From NCBI GenBank assembly GCA_963817635.1, contig CAWFPR010000005.1, positions 737,433-769,432 of the forward strand: DNA of 32,000 bases, given 5' to 3'. Shown here piece after piece: positions 20,183 through 29,670 of this stretch; the first letter of the stretch is position 1, and the number at the start of each line of letters is the position of its first letter. Made by a program: the position numbers and the translations under genes. Below the pieces are notes generated by a model. The model did no database searches, was not told the origin of the DNA, and saw only the letters and a list, made by a program, of their open reading frames with translations. Source of the stretch: an uncultured Acidobacteriota bacterium. GTDB taxonomy: Bacteria; Acidobacteriota; Vicinamibacteria; Vicinamibacterales; 2-12-FULL-66-21.

Positions 20183-20238
20183 CGACCACGCCGGTTCCAG
20201 AGACGCTTCATCGCCGCCGTGCCTTCAAGTCGCGATCG

Positions 20239-21393
20239 TCACTCCAGCAACGCCAGAAACACCCCCGCAACGACCGCTGAGCCGACCACGCCGGCGACGT
20301 TGGGCCCCATCGCGGCCATCAACGGGTTGACGCGGCCGGAGGTCTCGGTCGACACAAAGTTCTGCACGACCCGCGCGCTCATTGGCACGGCCGACACGCC
20401 GGCCGCGCCGATGCACGGGTTCACCCGCCAGTCCCTGGGGAGCACGAGGTTCATCAGCTTCGCGAAAGCGATGCCGCCCGCCGTGCTGAAGACGAACGCC
20501 GTCGCGCCGAGCACCAGGATACCGAGCGTCCTCGGCGTGAGAAACCCGTTCCCGTTCATCGTCGCGCCGACCACGAGCCCGAGGAAGATCGTCGCGATGT
20601 TGATGAGCGCTCCTTCCGCCGTCTTCGAGAGGCGGTCGGTGACGCCCGTCTCGCGCAGGAGATTGCCGAACATCAGCAGGCCGACCAGCGGTGCGCAGTC
20701 GGGAACAAGAAGCGACGCGACCATCGCCGTCATGATCGGGAACACGATCACGGCCGCCTGCGAGACGTCTCGCGCCGGGGCAATCGGGATCTCGCGTTCC
20801 GCCTGAGTCGTCAGCAGCCGCATGACCGGAGGCTGGATGATCGGCACGAGGGACATGTAGCTGTAGGCCGCGACCGCGACCGCGCCGAGCAAGTGCGGCG
20901 CGAGCCGGCTCGCCAGGAAGATGGTCGTCGGTCCGTCGGCGCCGCCGATGATGCCGATCGACGCCGCTTCGCGTGCCGTGAAGCCGAACAGCCAGTGCGC
21001 CGACAGTGCGGACACGAGGATTCCGAACTGCGCGGCGGCTCCCAGCACGAACGTGATCGGACGCGCGAGCAGCGGACGGAAATCCGTGAGCGCGCCGACA
21101 CCGAGGAAGATGACAGGAGGCAGGAACTGCGTGGCGATGCCGGCGTCGTAGACGCGCTGGAGAATTCCGGTGTCGTAACCGCTGCCCGGAATCAACGCAC
21201 TGCCCGCGCCGAGGTGCGCGCCAGGGAGATTCGCCAGAATAGCGCCGAAGCCGATCGGGACGAGGAGCAGCGGCTCGTAGTGCTTTCGGATGGCCAGGAA
21301 GATCAATACGCCGCCGACGATGAACATGGAGAAGTTCTGCCACGTCATCGCGACGAGCCCCGAATGGCGGAGGAGGGTAGTGAAGACGTCCAC
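20239..21393 (-). CDS. oadB: sodium ion-translocating decarboxylase, beta subunit
   Basis: Intact 384-aa polytopic membrane protein. FIVGGVLIFLAIRKHYEPLLLVPIGFGAILANLP and GIIGGADGPT are typical of OadB/GcdB/MmdB. GTG start at 21393, 1 nt after the oadA stop, with a GGAGG Shine-Dalgarno. Confidence 0.93.
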   Translation of the reverse strand: MDVFTTLLRHSGLVAMTWQNFSMFIVGGVLIFLAIRKHYEPLLLVPIGFGAILANLPGAHLGAGSALIPGSGYDTGILQRVYDAGIATQFLPPVIFLGVGALTDFRPLLARPITFVLGAAAQFGILVSALSAHWLFGFTAREAASIGIIGGADGPTTIFLASRLAPHLLGAVAVAAYSYMSLVPIIQPPVMRLLTTQAEREIPIAPARDVSQAAVIVFPIMTAMVASLLVPDCAPLVGLLMFGNLLRETGVTDRLSKTAEGALINIATIFLGLVVGATMNGNGFLTPRTLGILVLGATAFVFSTAGGIAFAKLMNLVLPRDWRVNPCIGAAGVSAVPMSARVVQNFVSTETSGRVNPLMAAMGPNVAGVVGSAVVAGVFLALLE

Positions 21394-21394
21394 G

Positions 21395-23252
21395 TCAGCC
21401 TCCGATCGTCAGGATGGGTTGCGCCGCCGTGACGTCCGTGCCGACCGACGCGTGGATCGCGACGACCGTGCCGTCGCGAGGAGCCCTGACGTCGTGCTTG
21501 GCTTTCATGGCTTCGACGCCGGCCACGATCTGCCCCTTCCTGACCGCGTCGCCGACGTGCACGGCGATCTCCACGAGGGCGACTTTCCCCTCGAACGGCG
21601 AATACACGGGTACGTTGCGTTCCGCGGACGGAAGGGCTGACGTCTCGACCACGGCCTGACCGGAGCTCGCCGCCGCCGCCGGCGGATCGATCGTGATGCG
21701 GAACGTGCGTCGATTCCCGTTCTCCTCGACCACGCAGGTCGTCCTCACCGGACCGACGACGCGTGGCTGCGCGTCTGGAACCGGCACCGCGGCCGGTGGC
21801 GTGGCGGCGACCGGGGCCGTGTGCTTCAGGGGCACCGACACTTTCGCCGTGCCGTTCAGAAAACGGATCCCTTCGTTGAGATCCATGTTCTTGCCGGGAA
21901 CGATTGCCGAGGCCACGAGGAAGACGTGCTCGTCGGTGACGGGGAGCTTGCGCTCGCGAAGCGCGTCTTCCGCCAGCTGCAGCGTGTCGGGCGCGGCCTC
22001 GAGCGGATCGCCTGTGAACACGGGCTTCCCGAGCTGCGCTGACGCGAGACGCACGACCTCCGGATCGGGCGGCAGCGGCGGCCGCCCGAAGTAGCCCAGC
22101 ACCGCCTTGCCATACCCGTCGTCGATCTTCTTCCATCGACCGAGCAGCACGTTGTTGAACGCCTGCAGCCAGTATTGCTGGCTGCCCGGCGTGACGCTCG
22201 TCCACGCGCCGCCCGCGCGCACGACGATCGGGAATTCCGCGAGCACGTCGCCGTACTTTCCGAGAATGCCCGCCTCCTTCATCATGTGCACGTTCGGCCC
22301 GATGGCGCCCCCCGGCATCGGGAAGTTGATCACCCGCGCGTCGGCCGTGGTCGTGATCGGGTCGAACGCATACTCCGCCATCCGCTCGTCGAGGATCTTC
22401 TCGAGCTCCGCCATTCTGGCGACGTCGATGTCGAGCCTGTACCCGGTGCCCTTGAGCGCGTGCCACATCGACCTGACGTCCGGCTGCACCGTGCCCGGAC
22501 GCGAGCGGGCGCACCGACAGATCGATGCCGTCCACGCCTCCCTCGAGACCGGCCAGGTAGCACGACACGGCCATCGACGCGGTGTCGTGCGTGTGCTGCC
22601 ACAGCGGGATCTCCGGCGGCAGGATCCGCTTGAGGCCTCTTGCCGTCTCGTAGCAGGTTCGCGGATCGGTGGTCCCCGACGCGTCCTTCATGCACACGCT
22701 GTCGAAATGCGCGCCGCGGTCCAGCAGCGTCTGGATGATCCCGACGTAGAACTCCGCGCTGTGGACCGTCGCGTCGTCGAACGGCAGGCCCATCATCGCG
22801 ATTGCCACCTGGTGATGCAGCCCGGCCTGGACGATCGGCCGGCCGGTCTTCTCCAGGTTGTCCACGTCGTTCATGTAGTCGAAGTTGCGGTCCCACGTGG
22901 CGCCGTGTCTCGCCATCAACCGGGCCTGCAGTTCCAGCGTCTTGAGGGGCTGCGTCGTGAGCGTGACGCCAGAGACCGAGCGCGTGAGGATCTGGAGGTC
23001 GGCCTCCGGGCCGACCACGCGGCGCATCTCGTCCTGGCAGGCGAATGGATCTTCGCCGAGGTAGAAGTACGGCGCCTGGAAGCGGGCTCCGCCGCCGAAC
23101 TCGAAGTGGCGGATGTGCGCCTCCTTCGCCGCGTATTCCATCGCGGGGAGGATGTCGTTCAGGCGTGTCTTCCCTCCGAACGAGCTTTGCAGCCCGTCGC
23201 GGAAGGTCGTGAGCATTACCCGAATCGTCTTGGTCGCAACGGTGGCGAGCAT
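21395..23252 (-). CDS. oadA: oxaloacetate decarboxylase alpha subunit (carboxyltransferase plus biotinyl carrier domain); one frame break
   Basis: N-terminal TIM-barrel carboxyltransferase region (IRVMLTTFRDGLQS, FEFGGGARF, CMKDASG, WQHTHDTASMAV). C-terminal biotinyl domain GVEAMKAKHDVRAPRDG. The thread passes from the 21345..23576 frame to the 21395..22489 frame at about 22490-22495 (PLASG / VQPDVRSMWHAL). ATG 23252 has a GAGGAG Shine-Dalgarno. Confidence 0.9.
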
Positions 23253-23530
23253 GGGATCTCCTCGATCTGGACGACCCGGGCACCAGGGGAGATCACCGAG
23301 ACGGATGAGGCAATTGCCGCTATGAGAACGGGGTCGGGGTCGGGGCCGGCCGGTCGCTCGGCGAGGAGCCGCGTGACAACGCGCATCGCGAGAGCGAGCG
23401 CGGCAAGGAGGATGAATACCGTCAGGAATGCGAGGCCGCAGACAACAAGAAAACTCTGCTGATCCACAGGCGCCTCCGGTCCCAGGTTGTCCGGTAACCC
23501 CAGCATAGCGCCGTCCAGGTCGAATGCCAA
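23216..23530 (-). CDS. oadG: OadG-like gamma subunit (small membrane anchor) of the decarboxylase
   Basis: A single transmembrane helix FLVVCGLAFLTVFILLAALALAMRVV is followed by a Pro/Asp linker and IAAIASSVSVI, the usual OadG layout, and the gene sits directly upstream of oadA. The start is uncertain (TTG 23530 or ATG 23506). The 3' end overlaps oadA by 37 nt. Confidence 0.6.
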   Translation of the reverse strand: MAFDLDGAMLGLPDNLGPEAPVDQQSFLVVCGLAFLTVFILLAALALAMRVVTRLLAERPAGPDPDPVLIAAIASSVSVISPGARVVQIEEIPCSPPLRPRRFG

Positions 23531-23545
23531 ATGGCGCCGCCTCCG

Positions 23546-24502
23546 TCAGAGGGGCGGCAGGCCACGCTCGCGGCAATCCGTCTCGAAGGCTAGCCGCCCC
23601 CGCGCGACGGGCTCCGGCAGACCGTCGATCACGAGTGACAGGTCGTCGCGAATGTCCCGCACCACGCCGGCGGCGAGTGGCGGCGGCCAGTCGGCGAGGA
23701 CGGCTGTCCCGGTCCCGTCGGCGTATACGCGCACCCTGCGGCCGATGACGTTCGACGCGGCGCGATACTCGACCAGCATCGAGGCGAAGCCGCGGTCGAG
23801 CGCCTCGTTACGGCGCCGTTCGAGCGCGGTGAGCGCCTCGCGGAGGAGCACACGAGAATCGACCCCCTCGGCGGCCCCGGCGCGCGGCACGAACGGCGAT
23901 GGCGCGATCGGCGGCGCGGCGCGCACGTTGACGCCGATGCCGGCGAGGAGCAGCTCCGCCCGCGCGCCCGTGATCTCGGTGCGGGTCAGCACGCCGGCGA
24001 GCTTGCCATCCCCGACGTAGAGGTCGTTGACCCACTTGATTCGCGGGGCAACGGCGCCCGCGCTCGCCGACATGATGGCGTCGCGCGCGGCAAGCGTTGG
24101 CACGAGCACGAGGGAACACGCCGTTGCCGCCGGGCAGTTGTCGAGGGGAAGAACCGCCGCGAGATGCAGATTGCCCGCCGCCGACTCCCATGTGCGGCCG
24201 TGAAAGCCGCGCAGGTTCGGGCACGTTCCCGCGACCGCGGCGAGGGCCCCAGGCAGGGTGAATCCGGCGGCGGCCGCCTCGGCGAGCGCGTCGAACTGCG
24301 ATCGGGGCGACCGCTCGACAATCACCAGACGCGACCAGAATGCGATGGCGGGCAGCTCGAACGCGACGGTGTCGTCCGGCGCGCCGTGAATCCGCGACCA
24401 CAACTCCCGGTCGGTCGCCGGCAGCGGTCGAGTGCCGCCGGAGGGGCCCAGGCACGCCACCAGCTCGCGAGCGAAGCGCGACCCGTCGGTGAGGCAGATC
24501 AC
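23546..24502 (-). CDS. birA: biotin--protein ligase (BirA-like, no obvious HTH domain)
   Basis: IKWVNDLYVGDGKLAGVLTRTE...LLAGIGVNV is the KWPNDL catalytic-Lys region, and HGRTWESAAGNLHLA is the biotin loop. The start is taken at GTG 24502, with AGGAG 8 nt upstream. The gene ends 15 nt before oadG. Confidence 0.8.
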   Translation of the reverse strand: MICLTDGSRFARELVACLGPSGGTRPLPATDRELWSRIHGAPDDTVAFELPAIAFWSRLVIVERSPRSQFDALAEAAAAGFTLPGALAAVAGTCPNLRGFHGRTWESAAGNLHLAAVLPLDNCPAATACSLVLVPTLAARDAIMSASAGAVAPRIKWVNDLYVGDGKLAGVLTRTEITGARAELLLAGIGVNVRAAPPIAPSPFVPRAGAAEGVDSRVLLREALTALERRRNEALDRGFASMLVEYRAASNVIGRRVRVYADGTGTAVLADWPPPLAAGVVRDIRDDLSLVIDGLPEPVARGRLAFETDCRERGLPPL

Positions 24503-24624
24503 GAGTCCAGCTCCTGCACCGCACCCTGCAGTGGGTTGCGGCCGTCCGCAAATGGCCGCCGGCCGATGACGGCTGGCGTATACTGATCTTGCATCATTTG
24601 TGGAGCCTTCGCGCAGGTGCCGCA

Positions 24625-26363
24625 ATGCCTCCCGCCGCCGACGGCCCGTCCGGATCCACCATCCCACCGATAGTGCTGGAGTGGGCGCGGGATACCTCGC
24701 CGCTCGACCATGCGCTCGACGTCATCGAGCGCGAGCTGGCCCTCACGCAGGGAAACGTCGAGGCGGTCGCCGCGGCATGCGCCGAGGTAGGGCGTGGTCG
24801 CGCCGCCTGGTCTTTCGCGCCCGTTGCCCAGCGCCTGCGCGCGCTCGCGCACCCCGTGACGACGGGATCCAGCGGGGTCAGGCAGCCGATCGTTGACCTC
24901 CTGTACGACGTGGCGGACGCGAGCGACGATCCCTGGAGCATCCTCGCGGCGCTCCTGGAGTCGCACGACCGCTCGATCTGTGACGGAACGCTCGAACGCC
25001 TGCGACAGCTGGTCGAGGCAGGCCGCCTTCGCATCGACGAACGGCTGCTGACGGGCCTCGGGAGGCTCGTGGAATCCGGCCCGATCTGCTGCGAGAGGGA
25101 TCCGCCCTCGAGCAGATCCGCGGCCTGCTCCGAGGCCCTCCCGGCGGAGCCGCCGCCGACGCCGCGCTGACGGCGATGTACCTCGAATCCGCCGTTCCCC
25201 TGTCGCGCCGCCTCGCGGCGCGCCTCCTGGACCTCTCGTCGTCTCTCCCGCCGCCCACGGTCGCGGTTCGCATCCTGGGCCGCGAACTCGCGGACTACCT
25301 CGAGCCCACTCTCGCGTACACGCGCGCGACGTACCTCGATCTGCTGGATCTTGGCGGCGGCGGAGTCAGCCGGGAGGTTCTTCTCGAGTCGCTGCGTCGC
25401 GCGGATGCCGTCTGTGGCCCCGCGCTGCTGCGGCAGGTCATCAGCGCGCTGGGCTGGCGATCGCTGAACGGCGGCCTCGCCGCGAGTGTCGCTGCCGGCG
25501 TGTCGGTCGGCGGCTCGTTTCCGCTGGTGATGGCGACGAGCGAGGCCGCGCTGGTCGAACGCTGCCCCGACGCCCGGCGGGTGTTCGAGCGGGTCGTGGT
25601 CGTCGCGCATGCGGCGACACCGTGGCTCGGCGATGGGGGGGCATCAGGCGCAGACGCCATCGATCGCTTCCGCAGGCACAACGTCCGCCATGCCGACCTG
25701 CTCGTCGGTCTGCTCGACGTCGCGCCGCTGACGACCGAAAAAGTCCGGCGGATGTTGCGCGGGATGAGCGCCGTCGTTGACGACTTCGAGGCGCTGTTCA
25801 GCGGTGCGCACAAGGACGAATGTGTGGCGGTGGCCGACACGTATCGCGCCATCGAGCAGGAGATCGAGCGCGAGTTGGCCTCGAGCTCGCCCGACCGGCT
25901 GCTGCCGGCGGGCCTGACGCGACTGGTGCAGATGTTCGAGGATCCGCCCGCGCCCTCCGACATGCACTCGCTGCACGGGTGCAAGCGCTACCTGCACCAG
26001 CGGGGCCTGCAGCTCGGCTCGTCTCTCGCGGAATCGGCGCGCACGACCAACCGGACGGTCACGCTCGTCGTCGCGTCGGCAACGGAAGTCCTGCACGTGC
26101 TCAGGGCGGTCGAATACGCCGACTTCGATGCGGGCGAAGGGCAACCGGCGGTCCCCTATGTCGTGCGCGTCGCGGTAGAGGCGTTCGCGCGCCACCTGGT
26201 CCACGGCGAGCGCGCGTTTCCGAAGCTGAGGATCTTCTGCTACGGCAACGAAGTGCACTGCTTTGCCGCGTTCAGGAACCACCCCGTCTTCATCCGGGTG
26301 GACTCTTCGCCGCCGCTGCGGGGCGGCATGATCGACCTCGACTACTTCGGCGTCAGCAAGTGA
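24625..26363 (+). CDS. uncharacterised protein (~580 aa once one frame break is repaired)
   Basis: Track ORFs 24589..25170 (frame 1) and 25176..26363 (frame 3) join sensibly at about 25080 (...GLGRLVESG / PDLLREGSALEQIRGLLRGPPGGAAADAALTAMYLESAVPL...). Frame 3 is open from 24984. I recognise no family motif. The start is taken at ATG 24625. Confidence 0.5.
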
Positions 26364-29300
26364 CGACCTTCGAGTGGCACCCCAACGTCTCGCTCACGTT
26401 CATCGAGCAGATATTCCGCGCGGTGGACTTCGACGTGCAGGTGGACACCACGCGCATCCACGCGCGGTACGACAAGGAGCGCGCGGCCGACCTCAGGGAT
26501 CTCGACGACAAGCTCAGGAGCCTCTTCAACCTCGTGCCGTACCTGATGGACGTGGACTGGGTCATCGGCGATCTCGGGTTGTCGGACGGAGCCCGGCGGG
26601 ACGTGGCTGCCGCGTGGGCGGCGTTCTTCGTCAACTGGGGTGTCGTCCCGATCGCACACGCGCTGACCGCCGATCGACTGGGAATTTTCATGGGCGTCGA
26701 ACACTCACCTGCGGGCGATCGAGAACGGCGATGGAACGGATCGGGCCCTTACCGGGATCGCTTCTCAGTCGAATCGCCGCCTGACTTCTGGGCGTCGCTT
26801 CGGGCGGCGACCCACGAACAGGGTCTGGACGACGTGGTCGCGTTTGACGGAGAGCGTCCCATCGCACAACGCACCCTCGACGCGCACCTGCTGAATCCGC
26901 TGCGACGGGCGGTCGAGCGCAGCCAGGTCGTGGACGGTGGCAACCGGCTGTCGGCGTCGCCCCGGCAGGTGTATGCGCCGCGCCACGAGGCGGAGAACCT
27001 CGCAGGAATCCTGGCCTCCACGGACGAGACGCTCGTGCGATCCGCGCGCCTGGCCGGGCTCGTGGAACGCCTGGAGGGAGGCCGGCGATTCGACCTCACT
27101 GGAACCGTCAACGGGTACAAGGTGCAGCGGGCGGTCATCCCGCTGGCTGGCGGGATCCTCGGTCTCTACGTGCTGTGCGACAGCGGGGGAATTCCGCGGC
27201 TGGGGCTCTTCAGCCACGACGACACGCTGTACGAGCGACGCGATCGGGTCGGGGAGGCATGGAGGCCGAACTGGTCGGTGCACGCCGAGCAACTGGCCGC
27301 GGCTCTGCGGCGCGGCAACTTTGGAGCCGATGGGATCGATCCTGCGGAGCGGGCTGTCGCACCGCTTTTACTCAGGCGCACGTTCGACATGCCGAACGCG
27401 TGGGCTCACTCGGCACCGCTCGCGGGTGACTGCAGTCTGACCGGAGTCAAGGCCTCGCCCGGACGAGCGGTCGGACTGGCGCGGCTCGGCACGCCGGGTC
27501 GCCGGCCTGACGATCTCGACGGCGGGATTCTGGTGACGCCGGCGCTCAGCCCGCTTGAAAACCCGTTCGTGTATCGCTCGGCCGGCGTGGTGTCCACGGG
27601 CGGCGGCGTGCTCAGCCACGCCGGACTGCTGGCGCTCGAGTTCCGCAAGCCGGCCCTGGTGGTGAGCGGCCGATGGGAACGCTCGGCATCGGGTGCCGAG
27701 ACGCTGGTCTACACCTGCGTCGCACATCGCGAGGCGCGCCGGCGCGTCGGGAGATACGCCGTGACCGAGCGGCACCATGCAATCGAGCGCGACGAACGCC
27801 TGCAGGACGGCGATCTCGTCGTGCTGGACGCGGATGAGCGCACGCTGAGTGTCCTCGGTCAGGACCCCGATGCGCTGGCCCTCCACGACGGGCTGCGCCG
27901 GCTGGCCGGCGCCAGCCGGAGCCTCGCCGCCGCGGCAGCTGATACGGAACTGCTCGCGCAACGCGGCCGGATGCTGCGGGCGCGACATCATCTCGAGAAG
28001 CTGCTGGGACGCATCGACGATCCCGTCCTGGGCCGGTTTGCGGCGGTGGAACTGGTCGCCGGCGAAGCAGGCGCCGAACCCACGCTCGGGCAGGCGGACA
28101 AGGTGCGCCTGCTTCGGGCGGTCCTCGCGAACGTCTCCGTCGGCACCGACGTGGCCGGCATGGTGAAGGCGCTGGAGCACGTGCTCGGCCGACGCGCGGC
28201 CGCTCTCCGGGAGCAGGTCGCGCAGCTGGTTCCGTCCTCGGACGACCCGCTCGAGATTCTGACTCTGCGTCTGGCGGCCATCGAAGCGGGCGATCTGCAC
28301 CAGAACGTGTGCGCCCTGGTCGACGCGTGTGTCGTCGCCCCGGCCAGGCCGCCGCAGCCGGCGAGCCTCGATCTCGACACCGTTGCGACGGACCGCCTGC
28401 ACGCGCTTCGTGCACGTCTGCTCGCAGACGTGGAGCGCCTGTCGGCCGGTCCGCCACACCGGCTCCGGCACATTCTGCGCCAGCTTCAGCGTCTGGACGA
28501 CCTGCTCGCGACCGACGCGGACGAACAGGAGGCGATGGCGCGCCTGTGGCCTCGCCTCGTGGACGAAGATGCCGCCACCGTGCAGGCGCTCTCGGCACGG
28601 CGGATCCTGGGCCCGTCGGACGGCGGCGCCGAGCTGTGGCCGCTCGTCGGATCGAAAGCCGCTAACCTCGCGGAGGCGGAGCGTCTCGGCGAAGGCGGGC
28701 TGATCCCGCGGTGGTGTGTGGTGACCGATCGCGCGTTTCGCGAGGTCATCGATCTGCCGGCTCCGCCCGACCAGGCGGCGCCGGCGGGCGGCAGCCTGCG
28801 CGACTGCATCGGCCGGACCCTGCGCGTCACGATCTGTCCGATGCGGAGAAATCCACGGCGATCGCACGCGCCTGGGAGACAGTGCCGCTTCCCGCGGCGC
28901 TCGTTGACGAGGTCGCCGGGGCCTACCGCGCGCTGGCGATCGACGCGCGTGGACCGGGCGAGGAGTACGACCAGCCGTTCGTCGCGGTGCGGTCGTCTGC
29001 CAAAGAAGAGGACCTCGAGGCGACCGCACGCGCCGGCGAGTTCGACACGTTCCTGTTCGTCCGCGGCGTCGATGCGCTGTGCGAGTGCCTCAAGCGTGCC
29101 TGGAGCGGCCTGTGGACCGAACGGGCGATCTACAACCGCGCGGTCCTCGGGGTCACCGGCGAAGTGGGCGGAGGCGTGCTCATCCAGCGAATGGTCGCGG
29201 CGCGCGCCTCTGGCGTGCTGCACACCATCAACCTGGCCGAGGGCCGTCTCCGCGAGATGGTGATCAACGCCGGCCTCGGGCTGGGTGAGGGGATCGTCTC

Positions 29301-29670
29301 CGGCGCGGTGGCGGCCGACCAGGTGATCGTGTCCAAGGCGGAGATCGGGTGTGCCGTCCCCCTGCGCTTCCGGTACATCACAAACGACAAGCGCGAGCGC
29401 ATCGTGTTCGATGCCCGGTTCGGCTCCGGAACGACACGCGTCGCCACGCTCTATCACCAGCGGCTGCGACCGGCGCTGGAATACGTGGAGCTCTGCGAGA
29501 TGGCGGCCGCCGCCGCGCGGCTCGAGTCCGCCTTCCGCCAGCCGCTCGACGTCGAGTTCGCGCTCGAAGGCGGCCGACTCTGGCTGCTGCAGGTTCGTCC
29601 CGTGCCCGCCGCGCTGGCCGCGTGGCGCGAGACGCTCGACAGGCATCCCCTCGTCAGGAGGAACACATGA
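26360..29670 (+). CDS. dikinase-like protein: unknown ~360-aa N-terminal region, PEP-utilizer phosphohistidine swivel domain, ~300-aa helical linker, C-terminal PPDK_N ATP-grasp domain; one frame break
   Basis: Swivel domain GVKASPGRAVGLARLG...ILVTPALSP...VVSTGGGVLSHAGLLALEFRKPALVV, with the His codon at 27617-27619. ATP-grasp domain LVGSKAANLAEAERLG...FVAVRSSAKEEDL...AGEFDTFL...WSGLWTERAIYNR...GGVLIQRMV...VINAGLGLGEGIVSG...LDVEFALEGGRLWLLQVRPV. The frame goes 2->1 at about 28825. GTG 26360 overlaps the stop of the preceding gene (GTGA). Confidence 0.8.

Noticed and set aside
26360-29670. Annotating the large gene as PEP synthase (ppsA) or pyruvate phosphate dikinase.
   Set aside because: The domain order is reversed (swivel His before ATP-grasp), and no PEP/pyruvate-binding TIM-barrel domain is recognisable. 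Only the two shared catalytic modules support a generic dikinase call.
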